A stretch of 64,000 nucleotides of DNA. Origin: Turneriella sp. Lineage in GTDB: Bacteria > Spirochaetota > Leptospiria > Turneriellales > Turneriellaceae. Numbering within the stretch: the stretch's first letter is position 1; every line of letters begins with the position of its first letter. Location of the stretch: assembly GCA_965279515.1 (NCBI GenBank), contig CBDIID010000003.1:1728001-1792000 (forward strand). Direction: 5' to 3'. A model generated the notes under the pieces. That model did no database searches. It saw nothing but the letters and a program-made list of their open reading frames with translations, and was not told where the DNA came from. Both the position numbers and the translations under genes were made by a program. Below, piece after piece: positions 36,994-46,754 of the stretch.

Positions 36994-39233
36994 ACGCGCT
37001 TCAGCTCCGTAAATTTCAACAGGAATTTCCGCGTCTTGCCGTCGTCAAAAAAGATATGGATGCGCGCGGAATCGCCGTCACCCTCGACCTTGAGCACCCT
37101 GCCAGGGCCGAAATTCATATGTGTAACCTTATCGCCGCTCGAATAATTTTTGCCCGTACCCTGCGGTACAACCACACTGCCAAAATCCGGTTTTTTTGCG
37201 GTATCGGCAAAGGCGGCCCGGAAGGCGGGCTTCGGCCGTGAAGGCAGAATTGAAACGCGCGACGCAGACGGGGCGCCGCTAAAACCGTACGTTTTCTGTA
37301 TGCGGATCATTTCGCCGGGAATTTCATCGAGAAACGGCGAGGCCTTGGACGCCTCATAAAACCCCTGCGACATGCGGCGTTCAGCACGCGTGAAGAAGAG
37401 ATTGGTCTTCGCCCGCGTCACTGCCACATAAAAAAGCCGGCGCTCTTCGCTGATATCGCCATCGCGCTCGGACAAATAATGCGGAAAATAATTGCGTTCG
37501 AAGCCGGCGATAATGACAGTCTCAAACTCGAGCCCCTTCGCATTGTGCACGGTCATCAGGCTCACACTGGCGGTTTCAGCGTCTTCAGGGGCTGTGGTAG
37601 TAATCAGGGAAATCTGCTGCAAATAATCGCCGAGTGTCGCGTTTTCTGTCTGCCGCTGGTAGGCCAGCAGCGAATTTTTGAGTTCGGCGATATTCTCCAT
37701 GCGGCCGCTCGAAAGCAGCCGGTCTTCCTCTTCGTACAGCTTCTGCAAACCCGTGACATCCAGAAGCTCATCCAGGAAAAAACCCAGATCTGTTTTCGCC
37801 TCGGCTTTTTTCTTGAGCGCGGCGATGTCCCGGCCCAGCTTTTCAGAGGCGCCCAGGGCTTTGCCGGAAAGGGGATTCAGATCTGCGGCAGAGAGAAGTT
37901 CGACAAAGTCTGTCTGACCGCTCTCGGCACGAACGGCAAAAACTTTCTCTACGGATTTATCGCCGATGCCGCGCGGCGGCGTATTGATAATGCGGGCAAA
38001 CGCTGCTTCGTCGCGCCCGTTAACGATCAGGCGAAAGTAGGCAAGTACATCTTTGATCTCTTTGCGGGCGAAGAATGACATGCCGCCGTAAACGCGGTAA
38101 GGAATGCGCGCGTTGAGGCAGGCCTCTTCCAAAAGGCGTGATTGCGAGTTGGTACGGTAGAGTACCGCGATTTCGGAAAGCGAAGAATCCTTCGCTGCAT
38201 TCTGGATAATACTAATCACCTGCTGCGCTTCGGCGACATCGTCGGCGGTCGCAATCAGCACCGGTGTCAGGCCGCCTTCGCGCTCGGTGAAAAGCTTTTT
38301 CGGCATGCGCTCGAAATTGTTCTGTATGACCGCATTGGCAATCGCGAGAATCGGTTTCGTCGAGCGGTAGTTTTCTTCGAGTTTAATGACCACCGCGTCC
38401 TTGAAATCCACCGAAAAATCGAGAATATTCTTCACGTCGGCGCCGCGCCAGCCATAGATTGCCTGGTCGTCGTCGCCGACCACGCAGAGATTGCGGTCGC
38501 GCGAGGCGACGTGCTGCACGAAACGGTATTGTGCAAAATTGGTATCCTGGTACTCGTCGATGAGCCAGAACGGGTAACGGTTCTGCCAGCGCGTCAGCAG
38601 TTCGGGGTACTTGTCGAACAGGTGGCAGGGCAATGAAATCAGGTCCGCAAAATCCACAGCAAAGGAGGATTGTTTTTTGACCTCATAGAGCTGATACACT
38701 TCTTGCAGCATATCGCCGAACTCGTATTCGTCTAAATCAATTTCATCGGCGAGGTTCTGCGGCGTAACCAGCTTATCTTTAAAAGAAGAGATCGTATTCG
38801 CGAAATAACGGAACTGCGTCTTGTTGTATTTGCCGTCGAATTTTTCGAGAATCTGTGACAGCGCCTGCTGCTGATCGCCGTCATCCCAGATCGAAAAGTT
38901 TTCGGGATACTCGAGGTACTGGACATTGCGGCGCAGAAGATAGAGACCCAGCGAATGGAAGGTGCGCACGGTGCATTCGCTGCCAATGGGGCCCGCTGTA
39001 TTCAAAAGCCGCTCGCGCATCTCTCCCGCAGCTTTATTCGTGAATGTAACTGCGGCAAGATTATACGCCGGAACTTTTTCGACATGGATGAGGTAAGCCA
39101 TGCGGTGTATGATCGTGCGCGTCTTACCGGAACCTGCGCCCGCGAGAATAAGAAGCGGTCCGCGTGTTGTCTGCACCGCCTGCTGCTGCGGTGCATTCAG
39201 ATTTTTAAGTATTTCATTTTTCCAGTCAGACAT
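36990..39233 (-). CDS. pcrA: UvrD/PcrA ATP-dependent DNA helicase
   Basis: AGAGSGKT, TFTNKAA, DEYQDTN, VGDDDQAIYGWRGA, LEENYRS, HNAKGLEF, EERRLFYVAVTRA, C-terminal Tudor-like domain. Confidence 0.95.
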   Translation of the reverse strand: MSDWKNEILKNLNAPQQQAVQTTRGPLLILAGAGSGKTRTIIHRMAYLIHVEKVPAYNLAAVTFTNKAAGEMRERLLNTAGPIGSECTVRTFHSLGLYLLRRNVQYLEYPENFSIWDDGDQQQALSQILEKFDGKYNKTQFRYFANTISSFKDKLVTPQNLADEIDLDEYEFGDMLQEVYQLYEVKKQSSFAVDFADLISLPCHLFDKYPELLTRWQNRYPFWLIDEYQDTNFAQYRFVQHVASRDRNLCVVGDDDQAIYGWRGADVKNILDFSVDFKDAVVIKLEENYRSTKPILAIANAVIQNNFERMPKKLFTEREGGLTPVLIATADDVAEAQQVISIIQNAAKDSSLSEIAVLYRTNSQSRLLEEACLNARIPYRVYGGMSFFARKEIKDVLAYFRLIVNGRDEAAFARIINTPPRGIGDKSVEKVFAVRAESGQTDFVELLSAADLNPLSGKALGASEKLGRDIAALKKKAEAKTDLGFFLDELLDVTGLQKLYEEEDRLLSSGRMENIAELKNSLLAYQRQTENATLGDYLQQISLITTTAPEDAETASVSLMTVHNAKGLEFETVIIAGFERNYFPHYLSERDGDISEERRLFYVAVTRAKTNLFFTRAERRMSQGFYEASKASPFLDEIPGEMIRIQKTYGFSGAPSASRVSILPSRPKPAFRAAFADTAKKPDFGSVVVPQGTGKNYSSGDKVTHMNFGPGRVLKVEGDGDSARIHIFFDDGKTRKFLLKFTELKRV

Positions 39234-39237
39234 CGCG

Positions 39238-40107
39238 TTACATGCCAAGACCGGGAAAGCTGCGCTTCAGCAGAATATCGGCGTTGAGAAGCAGCATCAC
39301 AACGAGCATATAGATGATCGATGCGAAAAAAGCCCTGCCATACTGCTCTTTTCGGTAGATACCGCGCACAGTGCGGATGACGTAGTATACGGAAGCAATC
39401 CCACTGCCGATCAGGTACACCAGGCTATAGCCGGCCGATAAGCCCACGGCGAGAGCCAGCGGCGGCAAAGACAGACCGTAGATTAAAATATAAAGACGCG
39501 TGTAATCGTTACCGTAGACCAGCGGTAACACCGGCACACCGCCTTCGGCATAGTCGTGCTGAATTTTCAGCGTGAGCGCCCAGAAGTGCGCTGGCTGCCA
39601 CAGCATCATGAAGGCAAACAACAACCAGACGTCGGGAGCGAACCGGTCAGAGATACCATAAGAACCAATGAGCACCGGTAGCGCACCGGGCAGACCGCCG
39701 ACGATCGCACCAAAAGGGCCACGGCGTTTGAGGTATAATGTATACCAGACCGCGTAGGAAAGAATCGCCGCCATCGTGAATGCTGCGGCAAACCAACGCT
39801 GGTAAAAAACCAGCGGCGCAAATGACAACGCCGCCATGAAAAGAGCGATGCCCCAGAGCGTTTTTTTACCGAAACGATCGATGAGCTGGCTGCGCCACAG
39901 CGTCCGTTTCATGTTCTTGTCCATCGCATAGTCGAGCAGGTTGTTCATAATCGCCGAAGAACCTGATGACAGTGTGAGCGACCCCAGAATCCAGCAAAGT
40001 TCAGAGAGCGGCGGAAACCAGCGTTTCGCCATCAGCATGCCGGTAAAACCGGTCACGACGACGGTGAATATGATCGAACCTTTCGCGAGGCGTATTATGT
40101 CGCGCAT
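39238..40107 (-). CDS. cyoE: Protoheme IX farnesyltransferase
   Basis: NNLLDYAMDKNMKRT, YTLYLKRR, GGLPGALPVLIG, WQPAHFWAL, DYAEGGVPVLP. Confidence 0.93.
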   Translation of the reverse strand: MRDIIRLAKGSIIFTVVVTGFTGMLMAKRWFPPLSELCWILGSLTLSSGSSAIMNNLLDYAMDKNMKRTLWRSQLIDRFGKKTLWGIALFMAALSFAPLVFYQRWFAAAFTMAAILSYAVWYTLYLKRRGPFGAIVGGLPGALPVLIGSYGISDRFAPDVWLLFAFMMLWQPAHFWALTLKIQHDYAEGGVPVLPLVYGNDYTRLYILIYGLSLPPLALAVGLSAGYSLVYLIGSGIASVYYVIRTVRGIYRKEQYGRAFFASIIYMLVVMLLLNADILLKRSFPGLGM

Positions 40108-40152
40108 TATACCGAACGTATTAAGAAGCCAGACAGGGCGGAAACTGAAACT

Positions 40153-41061
40153 TTAGGCGGGAAGTTCGGACACAATCTTATTGCGCCCGGTGTTTTTTGC
40201 GTGGTATAGACGCTTATCGGCGAGTTCCACGAGGCGTTCTATAGGGTCAACGGGTGACATTTCAGAGAGCGACGCCACGCCGCCGCTAAACGTATACCGG
40301 ATCGCATGCCCGCCAGCCTCGCAGGCGGATTGCAACAGAGCCGTGCTGATACGGTTCAGGAAATCAATGCTTTTCGTAATCGTGCAGTCGAAGAACTGGA
40401 TGACGAATTCTTCGCCGCCAAAACGCGCGAGAATATCATATTTGCGGATCTGCCCCTTGATGGTCTGTGTAAAATGCTGCAGCACGGCATCGCCCGCCTC
40501 ATGCCCGTACTGGTCGTTGACATTCTTAAAGAAATCGATGTCTAATATCGCAACGCAGAGATTGCGGCGCATACGCATCGCGTAACTCAGATTCGACTGC
40601 ACGGCCTCAAAAAAGTAGCGGCGGTTGTAAGCCCCCGTGAGGTAATCTGTCACCGAGCGGATACGCAGCTCATACTCAAGGCTTTTCAGGCGCAATGCGG
40701 CCCGCATACGCGCCTTGAGCTCGCGCTGCATGACGGGTTTTGTCACATAGTCATGCCCGCCGACTTCAAAGCCCTTTTCGATATCCGTGGCGCTGTCGAG
40801 CGATGTGACAAATATGACGGGAATAACGCCATACTCTGAATTGCGTTTAATCTGCGAACAGAGTTCGAAACCGGAGATCTCTTTCTGCATCACGTCGAGC
40901 AAAATCAGGTCGGGCGGATGTTCGGCCATATGCGCCCAGAAATCGATCAGGTTTTTTGCGAGCGCAACTTCAAATTCGTTTTTCAGCAGGGCTTCGAGGT
41001 AGAGGCTTTCGACTTCAGAATCGTCAAGAATCAGAATACGCGGCAATCCCCCGTCAGCCAT
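40153..41061 (-). CDS. Response regulator diguanylate cyclase (REC-GGDEF)
   Basis: ILILDDS, LILLDV, DYVTKP; DYLTGAYNRR, I-site RKYD, RFGGEEF. Confidence 0.95.
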   Translation of the reverse strand: MADGGLPRILILDDSEVESLYLEALLKNEFEVALAKNLIDFWAHMAEHPPDLILLDVMQKEISGFELCSQIKRNSEYGVIPVIFVTSLDSATDIEKGFEVGGHDYVTKPVMQRELKARMRAALRLKSLEYELRIRSVTDYLTGAYNRRYFFEAVQSNLSYAMRMRRNLCVAILDIDFFKNVNDQYGHEAGDAVLQHFTQTIKGQIRKYDILARFGGEEFVIQFFDCTITKSIDFLNRISTALLQSACEAGGHAIRYTFSGGVASLSEMSPVDPIERLVELADKRLYHAKNTGRNKIVSELPA

Positions 41062-41137
41062 TGCAACCCCGCGCTACCATCAAGAATGTATGGTTGCAAA
41101 ACAGGCTGGAATGTAAATCGGTATTTTTCAAACAGCT

Positions 41138-42256
41138 TCACCACGTCATCACAGCCGCGCCGAATGTGAATCCCGCCCCATAAGCGGTCATCAGCACGCG
41201 GTTTCCCGGTTGCAATTGCCCGGACTCCAGTGCCATATGCAGCGAAACCGGCATCACGGCTGTCGAGAGTGAACCGTGCTGTGTGAGTACATCCGGGATT
41301 TTCTCTGCCGGAAAATTCAGATGTTCGGCAAGCTTGCGGATGACGTGCTTATTGGTCTGGTGCGGCAGAAAAACATCGATGTCTCCTTTGGCAAGGCTGG
41401 CATCATTCAGCACGGTATCGATTGCCTTCGGCACGTGGGTCAGCGAAAGTTTCATGATCGCGCGGCCATTCATCTTCGTATAATAGTCGGCGCGAAGAGG
41501 CACATCGTGTGCCCCGCCGACCCCGCGCTTTCCTGCGCCAGGACCACCAGTCCTGCGCTCCGTTTCGCCCGCAAGATAATACAGAGGAGAATTCAACGCA
41601 GCAGAGAACGGCGTCGCTAAGGATATGGCATCCGAATATTCGGCACCGATATGCGTCGCCAAAAGTCCCGGTTTTTCCGAGGGTGAGAGCACGACTGCCC
41701 CTGCTCCATCGCCAAACAGAACCGCATTTCTGTCGCCGCTCCGATGCACATCCTGGCCTGCCTGCGGCAGGGCAACGCCATCGTCGACCCCGCGCTTCCC
41801 TGCGCCGGGGTCACCCCTCCACAGGAAACCGGTCGAGAGTGCATCGCTGCCGATTACCAGGACAGAAATATTCTGCGACTCAACGACTGCCTTTGCCTGC
41901 GTCAGCGCATAGAGAAAGCCCGTACACCCCGCCTGCAAATCGTAACCGGGAATATGGCCCAGCTCAAGCCCCTGCGCGATGCGGCAAGCCGTCGCAGGGT
42001 AGAGCACATCGGGCGAATTGGTGGCGCAGATCACGAGGCGGATGTCCCCCCGCCCTGATTTTTGTACCGCTTCCCGGCCTGCCTCGATACCCATACCGGC
42101 AATCGTCTGTGCGGGATCGATCACCGAGCGCGTTTTGACGCCGATATTTTCCTGGATCCAGGCATCGCTGGTATCGATTATTTTTTCCAGTTCGGTATTC
42201 GACACATGCCGTTCGGGAATGTATTTTCCGACGCCGGTTATCCGCGCATAAGTCAT
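41138..42256 (-). CDS. Atypical 3-oxoacyl-ACP synthase III (FabH-like) with two palindromic in-frame insertions
   Basis: DTSDAWI, AGCTGF, LFGDGAGA, MNGR, PHQTN, YGAGFTFG; GNTS motif appears as GSLS. Confidence 0.88.
   Translation of the reverse strand: MTYARITGVGKYIPERHVSNTELEKIIDTSDAWIQENIGVKTRSVIDPAQTIAGMGIEAGREAVQKSGRGDIRLVICATNSPDVLYPATACRIAQGLELGHIPGYDLQAGCTGFLYALTQAKAVVESQNISVLVIGSDALSTGFLWRGDPGAGKRGVDDGVALPQAGQDVHRSGDRNAVLFGDGAGAVVLSPSEKPGLLATHIGAEYSDAISLATPFSAALNSPLYYLAGETERRTGGPGAGKRGVGGAHDVPLRADYYTKMNGRAIMKLSLTHVPKAIDTVLNDASLAKGDIDVFLPHQTNKHVIRKLAEHLNFPAEKIPDVLTQHGSLSTAVMPVSLHMALESGQLQPGNRVLMTAYGAGFTFGAAVMTW
41486..41558 (-). repeat. Intragenic nested-palindrome element, copy B
   Basis: Minus strand CAGGAC-TGGTG-GTCCTG; GCGC-AGGAAA-GCGC; GTCGGCG-[GG-GGCAC-ACGAT-GTGCC overlapping]-TCTTCG-CGCCGAC; 23/25 nt identical to copy C. 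Confidence 0.8.
41732..41818 (-). repeat. Intragenic nested-palindrome element, copy C (with nested CCTGCC-N3-GGCAGG hairpin)
   Basis: Minus strand GGGGT-G-ACCCC; GCGC-AGGGAA-GCGC; GTCG-A-CGATG...AGGAT-GTG-CATCG-GAGCGG-CGAC; interrupts the W-x-D-R-x-x-x-LFGDG motif. Confidence 0.85.
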
Positions 42257-42343
42257 CTGTAAAACTCATTTGCGAGGCACACGCGTAAACGTGTTTTACG
42301 CCGCATGACACCGACGGTGCGTGAGAAGTTGCGCACTATGCCG

Positions 42344-43693
42344 TTACGCAGCATCGTCCGCTGAATATTCGCGCAGCGGCATCCGCAGGCAAAAAACACT
42401 GCCTGTAGGCGAGCTTTCTGCCAGGCTTAGCGATCCCCCGAGCTTTCTCGCGAGACTCAGCGATACCGTAAGCCCGAGGCCGGTGCCGTGTACACGTTTG
42501 CTCATATTTGAAATTCTTGAAAACGGCAAAAACAGCGAATCCCGCTCCGCTTCCGGTATGCCGCGACCCGTATCTTTTACGGAAAATTGTACTTCGCCGG
42601 CCGGCAATTTCACAATGTGCAATTCAACGCTGCCAACCAGCGTATACTTGATGGCATTAGAAAGCAGGTTGCTCAATATCTGATCCAATCGGGCCGAATC
42701 ACTGAGAATAACCCTGGGCAACGCCGGATCAATCGCAAGAGAGAGAGAAAGCCCCTTTGCTGAAGCGGCCGTCGCAAAGGTACTCTGTAAATCCTTAGCG
42801 CATTCCGCCAAATCAACAGGGCCTTCGACGATCGACACGTCACCGACTTCTTGTGCCCGCACGACCAGCAAGTCATCAATACGTCGCAGCAACTGTAGCG
42901 CCGAACGTTCCATATGTTCCAATATTCCGTTTCGGTTAAGGCTTTCGGGACCGTCTCTGAGTAGCCGCACTCCGCTAACGACGGAAGCCAGCGGTGTACG
43001 CAACTCATGCGACATTGCCGCAAGAAAATCCGAACGCTGAACGAGCGATGCCTCGGCGGCGTTTTTCATTCGAACAAGTTCTTCGTTCAGCGCAAGAAGT
43101 TTCAGGTTTTTTTGCCTGAGCAACGTTTGCTCGGTATCGAACTGTTTCCTCAAGCCGCTGAAAAAAAGCACCTGAAAGATCAGCGTAACCGATATGCCGA
43201 CGAGCAGGTCTTGCCAATGGGCTGAAACATCGTGGTAATGGGTAATCAGTCCAGGATAAAAAAGTTGTAATACGATAAGCAACGCCAGCAGGAGTGAAAA
43301 TCCGCCGACAAACCACACATGGCGGCGTTGTTCGTGTGCGGCTAAGAGCCATGACATAACCAGGTAAAACAGATAAGGAGACGAACCGAAGATGCCGTCC
43401 GAACTAAACCAGCTGACAACAGCTACACCGGCCCCCACCAGGACGATTATTGCGAGTATGGGGTTCATATTCTGCGATTTGCGGGCATACCCATATACCA
43501 AAACAAGCAGGCCACCTGCAGCCGCCGAAGTAACCGTGATGACCCATCCCTGTCGGGTTGCCAGGTTAATTACTGTAGCGGCGATTCCCAACGCCGCGCC
43601 CCATGCGGTCAAAACCATAATTTGGCGCTTTTGGAAAGAATCACCAGGATACCCGGCGAAGAAGATACGTAAATGCGCGAAGATGTTTGCCAT
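42344..43693 (-). CDS. Membrane sensor histidine kinase
   Basis: TM helices; MSHELRTPL, NLLSNAIKYT, DTGRGI, GTGLGL. Confidence 0.93.
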   Translation of the reverse strand: MANIFAHLRIFFAGYPGDSFQKRQIMVLTAWGAALGIAATVINLATRQGWVITVTSAAAGGLLVLVYGYARKSQNMNPILAIIVLVGAGVAVVSWFSSDGIFGSSPYLFYLVMSWLLAAHEQRRHVWFVGGFSLLLALLIVLQLFYPGLITHYHDVSAHWQDLLVGISVTLIFQVLFFSGLRKQFDTEQTLLRQKNLKLLALNEELVRMKNAAEASLVQRSDFLAAMSHELRTPLASVVSGVRLLRDGPESLNRNGILEHMERSALQLLRRIDDLLVVRAQEVGDVSIVEGPVDLAECAKDLQSTFATAASAKGLSLSLAIDPALPRVILSDSARLDQILSNLLSNAIKYTLVGSVELHIVKLPAGEVQFSVKDTGRGIPEAERDSLFLPFSRISNMSKRVHGTGLGLTVSLSLARKLGGSLSLAESSPTGSVFCLRMPLREYSADDAA

Positions 43694-43806
43694 CAAGCCT
43701 CAAAGAAGGAAATTTTGAATAGGTCGTAAAGTGCAAGATACCGGGGACGAACTTGAAAGTTTGAAGAACCTTTTCAGACTTGCGCATGGCTGCATCCATA
43801 AGACTC

Positions 43807-44820
43807 ATGGAAAAGATTCCCCGCGTCAGCATCGTCATGCCCGTACGCAATGCGGCGCCGTGGCTCGCCGAAACCCTGGACTCCATTGCCGCACAAACCC
43901 TGGAAGATTTTGAGCTCATCGCCGTCAACGACCGCAGCACAGACGAAACGCTTTCGATGCTGACGACCGCTGCGGCGGATGACAAACGGATCCGCATTCT
44001 CGAAAATCAAGGCACGGGCCTGGTTGCTGCGCTCAACACCGGTATGGCAGCGGCGACGGCACCCTTTATCGCACGCATGGACGGCGACGATTTTATGTCT
44101 CCGCAACGCCTCTCTTTGCAGGTCCGGTATCTCGAGCGGCATGCCACAGCCGCCGCCGTGACGGGCCATGTCGAACACTGGGGCGACGCCGGTCTCACGG
44201 CGGGTTATTCGCGTTATGTCGACTTTATTAACTCGCTAAGAACACCGGAAGACTACTTCTTGAAACAGTTTGTTGAATCTCCGATGGCGCACCCGTCGGT
44301 CATGCTGCGCGCCTCGGTGTTGCCGCAGCACCCCTACCGCGACGGCGACTTCCCGGAGGATTACGATCTCTGGCTGCGGCTCTTCGCCGAAGGGAAGGAA
44401 TTCCACAGCATTCCTGAAACGGTGTTGCGCTGGCGTGACCATCCGCAGCGCACATCGCGCATCGACCCACGCTATGACATCGAAAAATTTTACCGCCACA
44501 AGGCGACATTTCTTGCCGACTGGCTTAAAAAAAAAGGCCATCACAGCGCCATTATCTGGTCAGGGGGCAGGCGTACCCGCCGCCGCATCGATGCCCTGCG
44601 GGCCACGGGAATAACAATTTCAGGCTATGTCGATGTGCATCCGCGCCGCATCGGCCAAACCATCGACGGAGTCCGGGTGATGGCGCCGGAAGAATTGCAC
44701 AGGGATACCGCGGGATTTATCGTTGTCTATGTGGGCTCTGCCGGCGTGCGGGCCATTATCACAGAACACTTGTTATCGCTTGGGTTTAAAGAAGGAAGCC
44801 ATTTTCTCTGCGCTGCCTGA
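43807..44820 (+). CDS. Glycosyltransferase family 2
   Basis: VSIVMPVRN, NDRSTD, ARMDGDD, HPSVM, EDYDLWLR. Confidence 0.92.
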   Translation: MEKIPRVSIVMPVRNAAPWLAETLDSIAAQTLEDFELIAVNDRSTDETLSMLTTAAADDKRIRILENQGTGLVAALNTGMAAATAPFIARMDGDDFMSPQRLSLQVRYLERHATAAAVTGHVEHWGDAGLTAGYSRYVDFINSLRTPEDYFLKQFVESPMAHPSVMLRASVLPQHPYRDGDFPEDYDLWLRLFAEGKEFHSIPETVLRWRDHPQRTSRIDPRYDIEKFYRHKATFLADWLKKKGHHSAIIWSGGRRTRRRIDALRATGITISGYVDVHPRRIGQTIDGVRVMAPEELHRDTAGFIVVYVGSAGVRAIITEHLLSLGFKEGSHFLCAA

Positions 44821-44863
44821 GCAAAACTTGACGTCATAAAACCCCATGCCTTTTCCACCCTCC

Positions 44864-46753
44864 ATGAGCAAAGCACGGACATTCTATGACCTTTTCAAAA
44901 TTGCAGCGGTCGAAAGCCCAAACCTCGAATCATTCAAAATCCGTAAAAAGAACGGCAAGATCCAGGGGCGCACCTTCAAAGAAATACACGCGCTGGTGGC
45001 GGAACTCGCCGCGGGCCTGAATGCCAGCGGCATTAAAGCGGGGGATCGCATCACTCTGCTCTGCGACAGCTCACCCAACTGGATTCTCGCCGACGCGGCG
45101 ATCATAGGCGCAGGTGCTGTCTGCGTACCGCGCGGCACCGACGTCACCGACGACGACATTCTCTATATCATCGGGCACAGCGAAAGCCGCTGGGCGATCG
45201 TGCAGCAAAAAAAGGATCGTGATCGCTTGCTGGCATTCAGCAAAGACCTCCCTCTCCTTGAAAAAATAATCGTTCTGGAAGAAGGCGATTTTAATCTCGC
45301 GGCGGGAGAACACTCGGTTGCGGAACTTCTGAACGCGGGCAAAGCAGCGCTCGGGAAAGATCCCGCGCTGGTTGAAGATCTCAACCAAAAATGTAATCCC
45401 ACAGATATGGCCACAATCATCTATACGAGCGGCACCACCGGTGCACCGAAGGGAGTCATGCTCAATCAAACCGGCTGGCTGAACGCGCTCGATCGCGCGC
45501 TCGAAATGAAGATCTTCGTCAAAGGTGATTCCGCGCTGTCGCTATTGCCGCCCTGGCATGCCTTCGAGCGCGCGGTCGAATATGGTGTGATGATGGTGCA
45601 GTGCCCGTTCATGATTTCAGGCATCAATACGCTCCGGCAAGATCTCGCCGAATTCAAACCGACAAGTTTCCCTTCGGTGCCGCGCATCTGGGAGTCTCTC
45701 TACAACGGCATCATGCAGAAGCTCGAAAAGGAATCGCCTCTCAAACGCGGGATCTTCCACTTTTTCCTCGGCGTGGGTACTGAATGGGCCAAATTTGACG
45801 CGATCTTCAACGGTTATGATCTGCAGGTAAAACCCAAGCCGGCGCTCGAAGAGGCGTTGGGAAAAATGACTGCGGCCGGGGCCCTTGCATTCCTGTTTCC
45901 GCTAAAGCTCGCTTCAGGCGCAATCTTTGCGCCAATCCACAAGGCACTGGGCGGGCAGGTAAAAAAATCCGTGTCGGGCGGCTCGGCGCTGCCACAGATG
46001 GTCGACCAGTTTCTCACTGCCATCGGTGTCAAAGTCATCGAGGGTTATGGCATGACCGAGACCTCGGCGCTCATTAGCCTGCGCGATCTCGCAAAACCCG
46101 TGGGTGGCACAGTGGGCCGTCCCTTCCCGGGTTACCAGATTAAACTCAAGGATGAATCCGGGCGCGAAGTACCGCTCGAACCCGGGGCCAAGGGCACGCT
46201 CTGGGTACAGTCAAACCAATTACTTTTAGGTTACTATAAACGCCCCGAACTGAATGAGGTGGTGTTCGACAAAGACAAATTCTTCGACACGGGCGACATC
46301 ATGGTCTATACCTCGCAAGGCGATCTGATGTTCGCAGGGCGCAGCAAAGAAACTCTGGCGCTGGCGGGCGGCGAGAATATTGAACCCGTGCCCATCGAAG
46401 ACAAGCTGCTCGCCTCTGAATTCATCGATCAGGTCATGGTCGTGGGTGACGATAAAAAGACACTGGGCGCGATTATCGTTCCGCACTACGACAAGGTACG
46501 CGCGCAGACAGGATTAAATATTCCTGAAACCGAGTGGAATGCGAACGCGGCGATTCGGGAAATTTTTAAAGCAGAAATTTCAAAGCGCATCTCGGCAAAA
46601 ACCGGCTTTAAGAGTTTTGAGCTGATTCCAAAGAATATTTTTTATCTGGCGCCGAAAGCGTTCGAACCAGGCATAGAACTCACACGCACCTACAAGCTGC
46701 GGCGCACCGTCATCAAGGAAAAATTCAGCGAACAGATCGAGGCGATGTATTAA
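44864..46753 (+). CDS. Long-chain fatty acid-CoA ligase (FadD-like)
   Basis: IYTSGTTGAPKGVML, LPPWHAFER, EGYGMTET, DTGD, GENIEP. Confidence 0.93.
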   Translation: MSKARTFYDLFKIAAVESPNLESFKIRKKNGKIQGRTFKEIHALVAELAAGLNASGIKAGDRITLLCDSSPNWILADAAIIGAGAVCVPRGTDVTDDDILYIIGHSESRWAIVQQKKDRDRLLAFSKDLPLLEKIIVLEEGDFNLAAGEHSVAELLNAGKAALGKDPALVEDLNQKCNPTDMATIIYTSGTTGAPKGVMLNQTGWLNALDRALEMKIFVKGDSALSLLPPWHAFERAVEYGVMMVQCPFMISGINTLRQDLAEFKPTSFPSVPRIWESLYNGIMQKLEKESPLKRGIFHFFLGVGTEWAKFDAIFNGYDLQVKPKPALEEALGKMTAAGALAFLFPLKLASGAIFAPIHKALGGQVKKSVSGGSALPQMVDQFLTAIGVKVIEGYGMTETSALISLRDLAKPVGGTVGRPFPGYQIKLKDESGREVPLEPGAKGTLWVQSNQLLLGYYKRPELNEVVFDKDKFFDTGDIMVYTSQGDLMFAGRSKETLALAGGENIEPVPIEDKLLASEFIDQVMVVGDDKKTLGAIIVPHYDKVRAQTGLNIPETEWNANAAIREIFKAEISKRISAKTGFKSFELIPKNIFYLAPKAFEPGIELTRTYKLRRTVIKEKFSEQIEAMY

Positions 46754-46754
46754 A

